From: Phaeosaccion multiseriatum
Lineage: Eukaryota > Protista > Ochrophyta, other classes
NCBI GenBank assembly: GCA_965112735.1
Contig: OZ218952.1
Coordinates: 2,728,001 to 2,792,000 of the forward strand
Length of the DNA: 64,000 nt
Reading direction: 5' to 3'
The position numbers and the translations under genes are program-made. Below are positions 41,200 through 54,687 of this stretch, piece by piece. Positions within the stretch are counted from its first letter, which is position 1, and each line of letters begins with the position of its first letter. Below the pieces are notes generated by a model. That model worked only from the letters and a program-made list of their open reading frames with translations, did no database searches and was not told the origin of the DNA.

Positions 41200-43002
41200 A
41201 TGGAGGCCTTTGATGAACTCGCCCGGGAGGAAGCTGCAGCCAAGGAGGAGGCTGCAGCCAAGGCAGCAGCAGCTGAGGCAGCGACGGCGACCGATGCAGC
41301 AACAGGGGGAGGAGATACGCCGCACTCAGCTCCGGAGCTTGAAGCGACCAATCGAGGTGCTCAAGATTCGGGGGAGCTTTCCACACGCTCAGCCACTCTT
41401 CCAGCTCCACTCTCACCAGCCAGCAGGAGGAGGAGAAGGAGCTTACGGGAAGGAGGGGAAGAAGAGAGGCGCCAGCCGGAGGAGGAGCGGCAGAGGAAGG
41501 AACGCCTCGAAGCAGTAGCACACAGGTGAGAGGATTTTGAGGGAGAGCGTACTCGATTTCGTTGGACTGCTGACTATGTACCCTAATCGAGCATATGAGG
41601 TGGTCAGAAGCATATGCATTCCGACTTGCTGCGGTGTGTTTTCTGTCTCCAATTCTTTTCCTTTAACCTTCGCTTCCTGCACATAGGTATGGAGTCGAGC
41701 TGGAAGCTGCCCAGCGGAGAAGCTCCTCCTGGTGGCAGCAGCAGGAGCAGCAGGAGAAGCAGGAGAGAGAGGAAGATCGCCAACGTCATGTGAGTGGCCG
41801 TTACGTGCACACATCGGGCGTGAAACGAACGCATTCCACAGTGGGTCGACTTGTCGAGCACGGTCCAACTCACACGCATACCTTTCGTTTTCGACACGTA
41901 GGTTAATACAGTGGCTCCACCGGCCGTAGCGCGGCAAGCACAGCGCGTGGATGACCTACAGCGATCCCTGCAGTCCCTCGCGGCGATGGAGGAGGAGGCA
42001 ACGGAGCAGCTCGACATACTTCTCGAGCAGCACGCCGTCGTGGCCGAAGAGAGGGAGGAGGCGGTGAGTGTGAGTGAGTGAGTGAGTGAGTGAGTGAGTA
42101 CGTGTTAACTGTCAGTCGAGGCCCGTGGAAATGACAAGCGTCTCTTGCCTTGACGGTTGCCACTAGAACCGTCTATGTAATACGTTGGCGTGCTGTGTGA
42201 TATATGCACCCTAACGTATCCTGCACAGCTGGACTACAATGCTACTCTGGAGGCCCAGCTGGAAAAGCTCAAGTTGATTGCAGTCAAACTGCCTCCAGAA
42301 AAGCAGGCACTGCTTCAACGGCTCCAGGTGGGTACCCATGCGGAATGATAGAAGGAGGACAAGCAGGTCCAGACAAAGAAACAGTCTTTGGATAAAGGGA
42401 AAGGGGGGGGGGGGGGGGGCAGATTCGGTGCAGATGAAGGTGCTGAAGGGTTCGGGTAATTTGTGTGTCCCAATTGTACCGAGAAGTTCTGAATCATGGC
42501 TGTCTTGGAATGGCGTGTGTTGAAGACTTGGATGAGAGGAATAATGCAGGTCTCCCATGTGTTGTTCACTCACTCACTCACTCACTCACTCACTCACTCA
42601 CTCACTCACTCACTCACTCCTCTTGTCGTTCGGGCTGTGCTGTATGCAATACCCTGTCCTGTGCATCTTTTGTGCACACATTCTCAGCGGCTGCGTGGGG
42701 TGGAGATGCAGCTCCAAGAGCAGGAGGAGCGGTTTCAGGAAGGGCGAGAGAGAGAGACGGAGGAGCTACGGTGGGAGGTGGCACAGCTGCAGCAACAAGA
42801 GCAACCAACGGAGCAAGGAGGGGGGGGGGGAGGACGACGACGAGGAGGAGGAGGGGGCGGGGGTGCTTGGCAAGGTGGCAAGGTGGAGGAGGAGCTTCTC
42901 TTGTCGGGCGAGCTCACGAGGGTGGAGGAGAGCCAGGTGATGAGGTGCGTACAAAGAAACCAGAGGACAAGATTGCTTTCTTTCTCCCCCCCCCCCCCCG
43001 TG

Positions 43003-43043
<41 letters not shown>

Positions 43044-44376
43044 TCGCTTTCCCTCTCTCTCCTCTTTGTCCCCCTCTTTACCCCCCTCTCTGCATGTGTC
43101 CCCCTCCCTCTCGTGCTGCCCCCCCCCCCCCCCCCCCAATCCCTCTCTCTCCCCCACCTTGCCTCCTCCCATTATGATTGCCCCCCCCACACCACACCTC
43201 GCACCCTCTTTATCCTGGCAGCGTCGTGGAGAACAAGTACGAGCAGTGCTGCGTCCACCACGCCCGCTTACGAGAGGAAGACAGCAAGATCCGGCGGCAG
43301 ATGTTGGACAAGGAGATGATCATCTCCGACAATGGTCAAGGCCTGGACGCTTCTCAACTGCTGCAGTACTGCTATCGTCTAGAGGAGCTCGCGGATGAGG
43401 TATCGGGTTGGTTGGAGGCGTACGCGTATCGGGTTGGTTGGAGGCGTACGGGTATCGGGTTGGTTGGAGGCGTACGGGTATCGGGTTGGTTGGAGGCGTA
43501 CGGGCGTATTGGCTTGCACGCTAGGCATGATTCCTCCTCTCCTCCTCCCCAGCTCTCTTTGTCGTCTCTCTCTCCCTCTTGTTGCTGCTCTTTCGCTCTC
43601 TCTCTGTTTCATCTCCCCCCCCCCCCGGCACCTCTCTCTCTTTCGGTCTCTCACTCTCGTGGTTCTCCCTCTCCCCCCCGAAAACAGGCAACCTGCAACA
43701 AGGACCACCTCAAGGACATGGGCAGCATGCTAACGTCTCTGGAGCTCACCCGCCAGCTGCTCGACAAGGAGATTCGAGTCCTCAACAGTATCTGCCAGAA
43801 CTTCGACGCCGCCTTCGACAGCAAGGTCTCCAAGGAAGAGTTCATGCGGCAGTTACACGCCATCGCGCAGGTAGGTCGTGAGACCGTGTATTGCGTTGCA
43901 TTGCATTGTAAGCCCCGAAGGCCCAATGAAAGCACAGCACAGCACAGCCGTCGCTGCTCCTTCCCCACCCCCATTTTGTAGTGCTCCCGTTGTCCTTGGT
44001 ATCCCCTGAGCGAATCAACCGACCTGCTCCTCTCCTTCCACTCCCGTCCCTCCCCTCCTTTTCTCTTTGGACACGTCGTAATGTGGGGCACGCGCAGGGC
44101 GTGGATGAGTCTCTCTCGCAGCAGCGGCGTCTCCTACAGCAGAAGAAGTCAATGAGGGAAGAGCTTCGAGTGGAGCTGCAGAGGGGGGACAGAGACTATC
44201 GCCAGTATCGCCAGTGTCTAAGTGACCTGGATAGAGAGTGCGGCAAGTGCGTGGGCCTGGCGCAGGAGCTAAAGGAGCTCGAAGCGGTGTTAGGGGAAGG
44301 GGGGGATGGAGAAGAACAAGAACAAGAGCTGGAACAAGGCGAAGACCAAGACGAAGACGACGGCGGCCGTACATAG
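41200..44376 (+). CDS. CCDC93-like coiled-coil protein (CCC/Commander-related)
   Basis: SQLLQYCYRLEELADE...LLDKEIRVLNSICQNFDAAFDSKVSKEEFMRQLHAIAQ|GVDESL resembles the CCDC93 C-terminal coiled coil as recalled (ELIQYQKRFIEL...LEKEISLLNSIHENF...DQFLRQMEQIVEG). Confidence 0.7.
43400..43503. repeat. 4 x 26-bp tandem repeat beginning at the intron donor GT
   Basis: GTATCGGGTTGGTTGGAGGCGTACGS x4. Confidence 0.9.
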
Positions 44377-44641
44377 CCTGGAAAACACAGCAATTCCATA
44401 TGGCGTCGACCGATTCCAACATGTGAAGTTGATTTTTTTTTCTCTCTCTTCACTTTCGTTTCTATCTCTCTCTCTATCCTCTCTCTCTCTCTCCCCATCC
44501 CTTGGGAACTGTGCATCCCTTGGGAGCTTGCCTAGGTTATTCCCTCCCTTCCAAACATGAGACGATGGGGTCCAAGAGCATTCTGGGGAATTTCCTTCCT
44601 TGTTCAGTAGCACTCTTTTAAAAAGGGCCGTCACAAATAGG

Positions 44642-46100
44642 ATGGAGGGAGGGGAAATGATGGAAGGGGACAGGCCTCGAGGCGAATGGCTGGAGAATAT
44701 ATGCACAGATCTTCAGTATCGGGTTGCCAAGTTGATGAGAATGGACTTAAGCAGAGTGCCGTGGGCTGTGGTGGTGGAGGGTGTGGTTGATGTGATCAGC
44801 AAGTATCCAGCAGGTGAGAACCAGGCTCAACCCCCCGAAGCATTGAATGTTTTACCTTCCAGCCTGTAATTGTTCTCTCCCCTGTTTGTCTTTTTCCCGC
44901 CTTCCATCTCTCACTCCCCGCCCACACAGGCCTCACAGACGCCATTGTGCTGTCCGAGCTGGAGACTCTATTTCGCAGGCGACTGCGGAATCCTAACGCG
45001 GGGTTTGTGGCGTCCAGCAGTTTGAAGGAGCTGTCTCGCAAGGGCTATATGTCAGAAAGCACCGTCCTACTGGCGCACGTGCTAGAGTACTCCGGGCAGG
45101 TAAGCCTAATGTATATGCACGCACCCTCTATTGTGGGGTGAGAGCAGCAGCACGAGAATAGAATCATAGAACCTAACAGAACAACAAGCATGAGTGTGTG
45201 TGTGTGAGTGAGTGAGTGAGTGAGTGGGTGAGTGGGGGCGTGTGTGCATGTATCACAGTGCCACCTTCTCCCCTGCTACTGCTAGGCTACAATCGCCAAC
45301 TCCATACTCTCCATTCTGCTTTCTCCCCCCCCCCCTCCTTGTGATCCCGGTGCTGATCGTGCTACACCTGCTGCCCTTCCTCCCACGCTGTGCGTGTGAT
45401 GGTGTGATGCCACTCCTCCCCCGTCGCAACCCACCCACCCGCCTTGATGTAACTACCAAACTACCTATCTACCTGTCGGAGAGCAGGTGGCCAACATCCG
45501 AGACCCTCCTTCGGCCGACCGGAGTGCTGATGATCCCTCCACCGGTGCGGCTGCTACACAGGTTGGCGGCGACGTGCGTGTGAGCTGGGTACTGCATCGT
45601 AAATACAACGCGTCAAGACAGTGGCTGCAGGAGCATGGTCACGACCTCCTCTCCAAGGGGCGGCAGGTGCGACTCACTGGCTGCAGGCTCCTGCAAGGTA
45701 AGGTGGATGGGTTGGTGTTGGTGACGGGATGAAGAGTGGAAGTGGGGGGTGCCCCTCCTCTTCCCTCCCACCCCTTCCCCTGCGGGTGTGCAGCTGAACG
45801 GCAATGCCCTCTCCTGCCCACTGACCTTGTGATGCTGCTGCCTCGCTCTCTTCCTCCTTATTTCAGGAGCGGGTAGTGGGACTGGAGCCGTCATTTTACC
45901 AACCGAGTTTGCCGTGTTTGGGCTGGAGGAGCGAGGGCCTCTGATGCAGCAGTCCCTGCCTGGTCTCTTTACCGCTCGGACTGCGCTGACACCGGAGAGG
46001 GAGCAACGCAACGCTGAGCTTCCTTTCATGCTCCTTTGCAAAGTGGTGAGGGGAGTTTATATTGACTTACGGGACAGGAATCAACCAAGAATCATGTATT

Positions 46101-46135
<35 letters not shown>

Positions 46136-46956
46136 ACAAAGTGGTACGGGGCTGCTGGCCCATCTTCACTGTCTGTCTGGATCTGGAGGGACTTTTAGTT
46201 TATAGCGCGGAGAGCGCTCACGTAACAGCACACCCCCACACCCCCATCCATCCTCTGCCCCTCACGTCCCATCTCCTGCCATCTCCTGCCATCTCCTGCC
46301 ATCTCCTGCCATCTCCTGCCATCTCCTGCCATCTCCTGCCATCTCCTGCCATCTCCCTCCCTCCCTCCCCCAAAACTAAAGGTGGAGGTAAAGCAGCCCC
46401 GACCCCACCGCAGTAGTCACCGCAACGGCCCGGGTAAGCACGTGCTCACTCAATCCGTCTTACTGCAGTGCTGTGCGGCAGAATTGACGCCGACGACGAA
46501 AGGGTCAAAAGAAGGCGCAGCAGCAGCAGCAGCAGCAGCAGTTGGTGATACAGCAGCACAGGACAAGTCCGAGGTGAATGGCCTTAAAAAAGGCCTCGCG
46601 GTCGAAGCTGCTGCTGGAGTAAAGGCACAGGCACAGCAGCAGCAGCAGCAGCAGCAGGAGGAGGAGGAGGAGGAGAAGGAGGAGGATCAGGGGCCGGGCT
46701 GCATGGTCGTGCTCAATCTCTACGACGAACAGGTACGAGGACTCATTGCCAATGTCAGTTTCAGTTAAGGTAGTTTAAAAACCAATCGAGAATGTTGTCT
46801 CGGGGACTGATGTGCGTGCGTGAGTGAGTGGGTGAGTGAGTTAGCTGCCTGCCCCTCGTTCGTTAGGCGCTCTTTCGCGCCATGTGCGATACGTACACTG
46901 AAAACGTTAGAAGTAAAGATGGCCAACACGTGGTGGCCTTGTACTGCTACGCTATG

Positions 46957-46990
<34 letters not shown>

Positions 46991-47439
46991 CGTCCTCTGC
47001 TGACTGTCTGTCCGTGCTTTCTGTTTTGGCGGTCCCACAGATGGCTCTGACGAGATTATTTGTGGAGGGGGAGGTTCTGGCTGTGTTTTGGCCCTTTGTC
47101 TCTCCATCTAGTCCAGCAGCAGCAGCAGCAGGCGGCAACATCCACGCCAATGGCTGCGGGAATGGAAGGAGTAACGGCGATGGGAGCAGGGAGGAGCACA
47201 TCGTAGTAAAGAGAAACGACGGACGAGGAGCAGCAGCAGCAGCAGCAGGAGGAGGAGGAGGTGGAGGAGGAGGTGGAGGAGGAGGAGGAGGAGGAGGAGG
47301 AGGAGGAGGAGGTGTGGCAGCAGGGGCAGGGAATAGGGAGCCACACCAGCAACATGAGGAGGAGGAGGAGGAGGAGGAGGAGGAGGGGCGGGGTTTTCTC
47401 GACAACGCTATTGGCATGTTTCACACCACCAAGGACGGC

Positions 47440-47479
<40 letters not shown>

Positions 47480-47616
47480 GTCTCATGGCTCTCGCGACCC
47501 AAACACAGGCGGCTCCGTCGGACGTGCCATACACCTTAGAGTACGGCACCTTCACCGTCCTGTTTGTGCTGAGCACATGCACATCCCAGCGTCAGAAACC
47601 ACCGCAGCAGAAACAT

Positions 47617-47667
<51 letters not shown>

Positions 47668-48974
47668 CAGCACCAGCAGTTGGTGATACAGCAGCTCCCA
47701 TCTCCATCTAGCTCCCCCTACTCGTCAGTGCCACAAGACAAGGATGGAGAGAAAAGAAGGGCTGAGGCGTCATCAAGAGAGTGTGCTCTCGCCAGTACAG
47801 ATTCCAGTGCGGTGGCAACAACTGCTGCTGGCTCTGTGATACATCGGGTGACAATCAATGGTCAGCTTGTGGTAGAGGATGGAAGGGGTGGAGCGGCGAT
47901 GGTGGCAGTGCAGGGGCGAACAAGAATAAAGGTGGGCCTGTTTCTGGGGCGAGGATTGGGAGCATGGCGAGGGGGAGAGCTCAAGTTCAGACGTGTTTGG
48001 GGAGGGGGCAGAATACAAGCTAGAGGCGTATGGGGAGGGGGGAGAGTACAAGTTAGAGGCGTATGGGGAGGGGAAGAGTACAAGTTGGAAGCGTATGGGG
48101 AGGGGGGAGAGTACGACCTAGAGGCGTATGAGAAGGGGGAGGGTACAGGTGAGATGCGTACGGGGAGGGGGAGAGTACAAGTTAGAGGCGTATGGGGAGG
48201 GGAAGAGTACACACCCACCCACCCACCCACCCACACATTCTTAGCCCTTCCCCTTATCATTCACCTGCTCTCTATCTCTTGCCCTCCCTCCGTTAATCCC
48301 TGCCTGCCTGCCTGCCTTTCTGCCGCCCTCCCCTACGCGCGCACGCACCCACCCACCCATGCCCTGGCCGACTGGCGAACGCTGCTACACACTTAATACC
48401 GTCATATTAACACGAACACTTACCCGCAGGACCTTCGCCGAGGCAACGCACGTTTGAGTGTGTACGGGGTGGTGACGAGTGTCGTCGTGCGACCCAACGG
48501 GGTGGTGGCGTTGGAACTGCAAGACGGGACGGGGGGAGCAGGGGGGACAGAAGGGTCGGGAGGGGCAGGGGGGACGTTGGAGGTACTCTTTCATGCCGCC
48601 AAGGAGAAGGCGCTAAGAGCAAGGCCTGGGCAAGTGAGTACGGGAGGGAGGAGGGAGGGAGAGAGGGAAGAGAAGGAGGGAGGGGTGAGGGAGGAGGGGA
48701 GGGAGGGAGAGACTCCCACCCACCGCACCAAGTATTCCCAACCTGCACACATACAATGTTTACACCCAATCTCATCATGACGCGTACACACACACACAAA
48801 CGCACACACACACGCACACATACACGCACACACACACGCACACACACACGCACACACATACGCACACACACGCGCACACAAATACGCACACACACACGCA
48901 CACACACGCACACACACACGCACACACATACGCACACACATACGCACACACACGTGCACACACACGTACACACA

Positions 48975-49034
<60 letters not shown>

Positions 49035-49709
49035 CACGGCGCAGTTCCTTCTCGTCAAGGGCCTTGTGGTGCTCCAACATGAACCCCGAGTCGTCGCCAG
49101 CTGCGGCAGCTTGGAGAACAACGCCGACACTTCAGCAGAGGAGGGAGTGGCCACAGCCAATGCGAGTGTCAATACGTCGAGAGAGGGTGCGGGGGCGGTG
49201 CGGGTGCTTAACTTGACGGTGCTGCCGGGCTTGCTAAGGTGTCCGGAGATGACCAAGCAGGTGCCACTCAGAGCGGCCTTGGATGAGGTGAGGTGCGGGT
49301 GGGAGCGTAGGAGGGTGGGTAGGTGGGTGGGTGGGTCCATGCGTCAGTCGTGATGGATAGTAGATAGTTGATCTCAGCTGCTGCTGCTGCTGCTTCCTAC
49401 TGCCTATCTGTCCCCATTGCGCCGTCCACCTCCCTCTTCATCTCCCTCTCTCTCCCTCCCTCCCCCCCCCCCCCCCCCCTCTCTCTCTCGTCCCTGACTC
49501 TCCGCCTGCTCACTGTCGAAGCAGCAACTCCGAACCTTCTTCGCCAAGGCTTGGGTGACCTCTTGCAGCTGGGAGGGCCCCTCCGTGGTGCTGCTCCACC
49601 GCCCCTGTGCTCGACCTGTGGGGACCTTCGACAATGCGCCACCCCTCTTCTCACGTGTGGCGGGGGGCAGAGGCGCGAAAAGTGCTGCTCCTGCTGCTGC
49701 TACCGCTAC

Positions 49710-49744
<35 letters not shown>

Positions 49745-50514
49745 GTGGTGGTGGTGGTGGCGGCGGCGGTGGTGGTGGTGTGAGTGGTGGAGAGAAGGCC
49801 AAGAGGGGCGGGTGGGGCAGCGAGAAGGGGACAGGGAGAGACCAGACGTTGCATACCATCTCTGCACAGAACGAAGCGCGAGGAGGTCTAAAGTGAGTGA
49901 TAAGATAAGATAAGATAAGATAAGCAAAGAAAGGAGAGGGAGGAAGGGGGGAGGAGTGAAAAAGAAGGAGCGAGCTGCTGTAACGCATGGCAAGATGAAT
50001 GTGGATACGTTATGTCTTTCCGTCTGTCGTTACCGCGAGCACCCACTCACTCTCCCGCTTCGCTTTCCCCTCACCTTCCCTACCCACCACAGGTGCTCCC
50101 TGTGCCGCACGGACTCCATCCCTGCCACAGAAACCTACACATCGGTCGGGTACGGCACGCTGCTGCTCAGCGTGGACGACGGCAGCTGCGGTGTGTCGCT
50201 CACGTGTGACCACCTCGTGTCTGAGGAGCTGCTCGGTCTCAGGTGAGTGTGGGTGCGTGCGTGCGTGCGTGCGTGCGTGCGTCAGGCGAGGGGTGGGGGG
50301 TGTGGGTGCGTGTGTGCATCACAGGGGGGGGCGAGAAGAAGCGCTTTCAAGTGGCTCTGGGTGCGGGGATTGATCCTTGAGCAGCAAGGTGTGCTCCACC
50401 TCCACCCCGCTGCCTTTCTTTGCCTCGTGAGAGGTCTTGTGTTGTTTGCTTCCGTCTTTCGCTTTTGTCTAACTGCATGTCGTTGCGCCTCTCTGTCTTC
50501 CTTCTCTCTCGCTT

Positions 50515-50545
<31 letters not shown>

Positions 50546-50728
50546 TCCTCTCTCTCTCCATCCCTATCTCTCTCTTTCTTTCTCTCTCTTCCTCTCTCCC
50601 CATCTCTATCTCTCTCTTTCTTGCCCCTCCCACCCTCTACACTCCCTCCCTCCCACCCTCCCTCCGTCCCTCCGTCCCCCCCTCCCCACCTCCCCACCTC
50701 CCTCCCTCACTGCGTGTCTCTTTGTCTC

Positions 50729-50795
<67 letters not shown>

Positions 50796-51146
50796 ATGCC
50801 TATCTTTCCCCCCCTCTTTCCCTCCCTCCCTCCCGTCTCTCTCTGTCTCTCTCCCTCCCGCCCTTGACGCAGTGCCCGGGTATTTCGCCAGCTCGACTCC
50901 GACGAGCAGCAGCGCTACACTGCCGCCATTGTGGGCAAGCAGTTGTTGTGTGTCATTAGCAAACTCGAGCGTGAGTGGATCTCGCTCGAGGAAGAGTGGC
51001 GAGGAGAGCGAGGAGAGCGGCTGTCCTCAACTTTGATGCCATCGGGGGGGGCTGAGGATCGGCCGTTGCACCGCTTGGAGCAGGTGTCTTCGTCGAACGC
51101 CCCTGCTGAGCTGAGCCATCGTCTGTCCCGTCTGGGCTACACTTGA
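44642..51146 (+). CDS. Multi-OB-fold nucleic-acid-binding protein, Cdc24(S. pombe)/plant OB-protein-like; ~11 exons
   Basis: [24 protein letters not shown]|[32 protein letters not shown], and a Zn-like HRPC...CSLC followed by LLLSVDDGS, as in RPA-type C-terminal OB folds. Confidence 0.55.
46268..46355. repeat. Decamer minisatellite (CCATCTCCTG)n
   Basis: About 8 copies; intronic. Confidence 0.9.
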
Positions 51147-51543
51147 CACTTGATTACCTAAGAGACTTAATAGGAATCACCTAAGAAAACGAAGGGGCGG
51201 TTACACCCCCTCTTGGTTGGGGAGGGGAGGTGTAGGACTAGAATCGTGGTTGAGCTGAATAAGGAAGGCGCGCTCCCAGACTTTATCGCGTATTGGAGGG
51301 CGCAAAATTGGAACTGAAACTGAACCTTGGCGACGACGGGCCGAAGAACCACCACGTAATTCGCTATCGTCGTCGCACCAATCCCCTTGTCCGGTTCCAC
51401 TGCACGCTTGCTGCACGCCTAGTCTAGATGCTCCTCTCAATACATCCACTGTCCAGCACTTGACGCTCGGAGGGAAGGGGAGGGGCAGCGGGGCTTAAAC
51501 CCCTTCAAACTCTACGCCCTTCCAACTGTCTGTCTACGGAAAG

Positions 51544-53790
51544 ATGCTGCTGTCCAAGGCGGCCGGAAGCGAGGCTCAAGCGTCGTGGCTGGAAAGCGAC
51601 GATGAAAAGCCAAGTAGGCCGCGGGACGATGACGAGGAGAGAGAGGAGGCAGGGGGGCAATCATTCCTGGCGGTATCGGCAGGAGTAGAGGGAAGAAAGG
51701 CCGTGCAGCTGCAAAAGGGGGACAAGGGGAAGAAAGCGGGTAGAGGCAGCACCAGCACGAAAGGGAAAAGGAGTCTGAGGAGCGCAACCCGGGCAGTGCT
51801 GGCGTCCGAGGTTCTGAGGAGTGACGTTCTAAAGATCCGCAGGTGAGGAGGAGGCCGGCTATGTGTGTGTGTGTGGGTGAAAGAGAGGGAGAGAGAGAGA
51901 GTGATGGATATAGAAAAAGGCCAGGCCAGAGACAGAGATCGAGAAAGACATGTAAAAAGAGAAAGATTGTAGATGTAGATGCAAGGCTCGACACTGCATG
52001 GGAGGGGAGAAGTGTTCCCGTCCCCGCCGTCCTCAAACGTCTTCTCGTTGTGCGCTTCTGCCTCTTATCACCTGGACCCTCGTGGCTTGGTCCCCACGGA
52101 CGGACGCCGGACCCATTGTCCGCTGTTTCACCCTCTCAATAACAATGGGCACCTTCCCTTCCTCCCTTCCCTCCTTCCTTCCTTCCTTCCTTCCTTCCTT
52201 CCTTCCTTCCTTCCTTCCATAGAGCACGCAAGAGCAGGAGAAAGAAGGCCCGCGAGCTGGCAGGAAAGCTCTTTTACGTACTCAAGTGGGTGGGCGTGGC
52301 TATAAACCTCTACGCCATGGGACTGATGGGGTTTGTCATTGTCGTCCATTGGGGGGGGGGCGGGGGCTTCTTTGGGACCCTGTTCGACAAGGAGCAGATG
52401 CTGCGCGGATACATGCTGGTAAGGGTATCAAGCCTGTACGAGGCACACGGAGGAAGACGTTGTTGGGACGGTATGGCACTGTATGGCACTGTATGGCACT
52501 GTATGGCTCTGTATGGCACTGTATGGCTCTGTTTGGCACTGTATGACTCTGTATGGCACTGTATGGCTCTGTGTGGCACTGTATGGCACTGTATCCTCTT
52601 GTACTATGGGGCACGGTATCCCTCTATGTATCTCTCTGCCCCGTCTCTCTATCTCTATACCTACAACTGTCTCTCTTGTCTGTCTGTCTTTCTGTGTATC
52701 TGTCTGTCTCTCTTGACTGAATCTCTCTTGCCTGTCACCACCTATCAGATCATTTGCATCATGGCCATACTTGCAGAGATGGACACTCGCTTTGCCCGAC
52801 ACAACTTCATGGTCCTCCAGAAGTGGTGGGGCAAAGCCCTGCTGTACACCTTGTAAGTGGCTTTGGTCCCTGTGAAGGAAGATGGGAAGGCAGGGGAGCA
52901 GTACCAGCACTGCGTATGCCACTCAATGTCTTCAACGCCAATACTTTGGTGTGTACAAGTATTTCTCTACTGTCTTCAATGCATTCATTTGTCCCTCCCT
53001 TCACCCCTCCACCCCTCTCTCATCCCCTCCCACCCTACCTGTTCGGCCTCGCGTTCTGTTCATTTCACACGGTGAGCAGTGCGGCGTGGATGTGCATCGG
53101 TGCAGACCATCTTACACTTACAGACGGAGGGGAGAGCGGGGAGAGCGTCGGCCCCACTCCTGTCGCCAGTGCAAGCACGCCTCTGCTGACACCCCCTGCA
53201 ACGACGGCCTTGATGAGCGATGTGGTGTTGCGAAGGGTGGAGTTGGCAGAACTTGTGGCCTGCATTGCCTATCAAGTGGACGTGGTCCTGCTTATCATAC
53301 TCAATGTCTTTTTGCGCGAGTTGCTGTTCAACAGCTCTGCCCTCCGAGACAAGAGGAAGGCAAAAAAGGACGAGAAGGACAAGGAGAGGGCGGCGAGGAA
53401 GAAGAGGAGGAGGAGCAAGAGACGAAGCCACCCGGCCGGGGACACGGAACCTCTCCTGAGCATGAGCCTGAGGAGTAGTAGCAGTCAACAGGGGAGGTTC
53501 TCCTTCAGTAAGGGTGGGGGTGAGAGGGATGGAGACGATAATGATGATGATGACGATGACGACGTCCCCTGGAAAGGAAGTGCTGTCTATGGCGCCCTTC
53601 CCCTTGTGCAGCAGCGCGATAAGGCAGAGAGAAGGAGTGCTGGAGGAGGGTGGCGTGAAAGCAACCCCGAGGAGGACAGGCCTGAGCAGGGGAACAGCAA
53701 GATACCAGTTTCCGCCTCGGGACCATCGAGAGGAGGAGGAGGAGGAGGAGGAGGAGAAGGCGGTAGCGGGAGGCAGCAGGAGCCAATACT

Positions 53791-53841
<51 letters not shown>

Positions 53842-53854
53842 GCAACAACAACAG

Positions 53855-53888
<34 letters not shown>

Positions 53889-54687
53889 CGCTGGTACAGA
53901 GCGCTCATTCCAAAATCAAGTGGTGGCTGGAGGGTGGGGGTGGGGCGGGGGGCAGCAGTAGGGGGGGTGGCAGCGACTCCGTTCCTCCCGCTGACCCTAC
54001 AGCCTTGCAGCAGCGCCGCGAGGAAGAGTCGAGAAGGGCTCGCCTGGCGGGGGGCAGGGGAGGAGGAGGAGGAGGAGGAGGAGGAGGAGGAGGAGGGGGG
54101 GGGGGGGGTCTCCGGTTGAGAGCGTTGTTTCTCGGGCGACGAGGCAGTGGTGGGAGGAGGACAGCGGGCCGGACGACGAGAATGACAACGACGATGAGAA
54201 TGAATTCGATGACGTCAGCTCAATGGCAAGTGGCTCGTCCTTCCGCTCCGATATGACGGGAGGGAGCGGCAGGAGCGGCAGGAGCAGGAGCAGCCTGGGA
54301 TACAGTTTAGGAGGGGGCGGAGGAAGAGGAGGAGGAGGAGGAGGAGGAGGAGGAGGAGGAGGAGGAGGAGGAGGAGGAGGAGGGGGTGAGCGGGGCCGAA
54401 GGGGGTGGGAGGCGCTCCCGTCGCTGGAGGAGCGACCCCCTCCAATGAGTCCTCCCTGGCTCGACCCTGTTGGAGGAGCTGGAGGTGGAGGGGAGGGCGT
54501 GCTGGCCACTATTCACTTGCCCTCTCCGTTTGAAGACACTGACGTTGAAGGAGGAAGGGCGAGGGTGCCGCTTCCTCCTCAGCCGCAGCAGCAATCTGTG
54601 ATACAGGAGCAGCAGGAGCAAAGCGAGGAGTCAGACATTCGCAGCAGCGCCAGAAGGGGGGATGTGGTGGACGTTGTGCCTTTCTGA
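51544..54687 (+). CDS. COPI-associated/TVP15-like membrane protein with a long low-complexity tail (frame break in poly-G at ~54094-54108)
   Basis: LRGYML|IICIMAILAEMDTRFARHNFMVLQKWWGKALLYT pattern, several TM segments and a polyQ/polyG tail. Confidence 0.5.
52470..52592. repeat. Decamer minisatellite (GTATGGCACT)n
   Basis: About 12 copies; intronic. Confidence 0.9.

Noticed and set aside
54094-54108. Programmed frameshift in the COPI-associated-like gene
   Set aside because: The frame break falls in a long G homopolymer, so a sequencing or slippage indel or a small intron is more likely.
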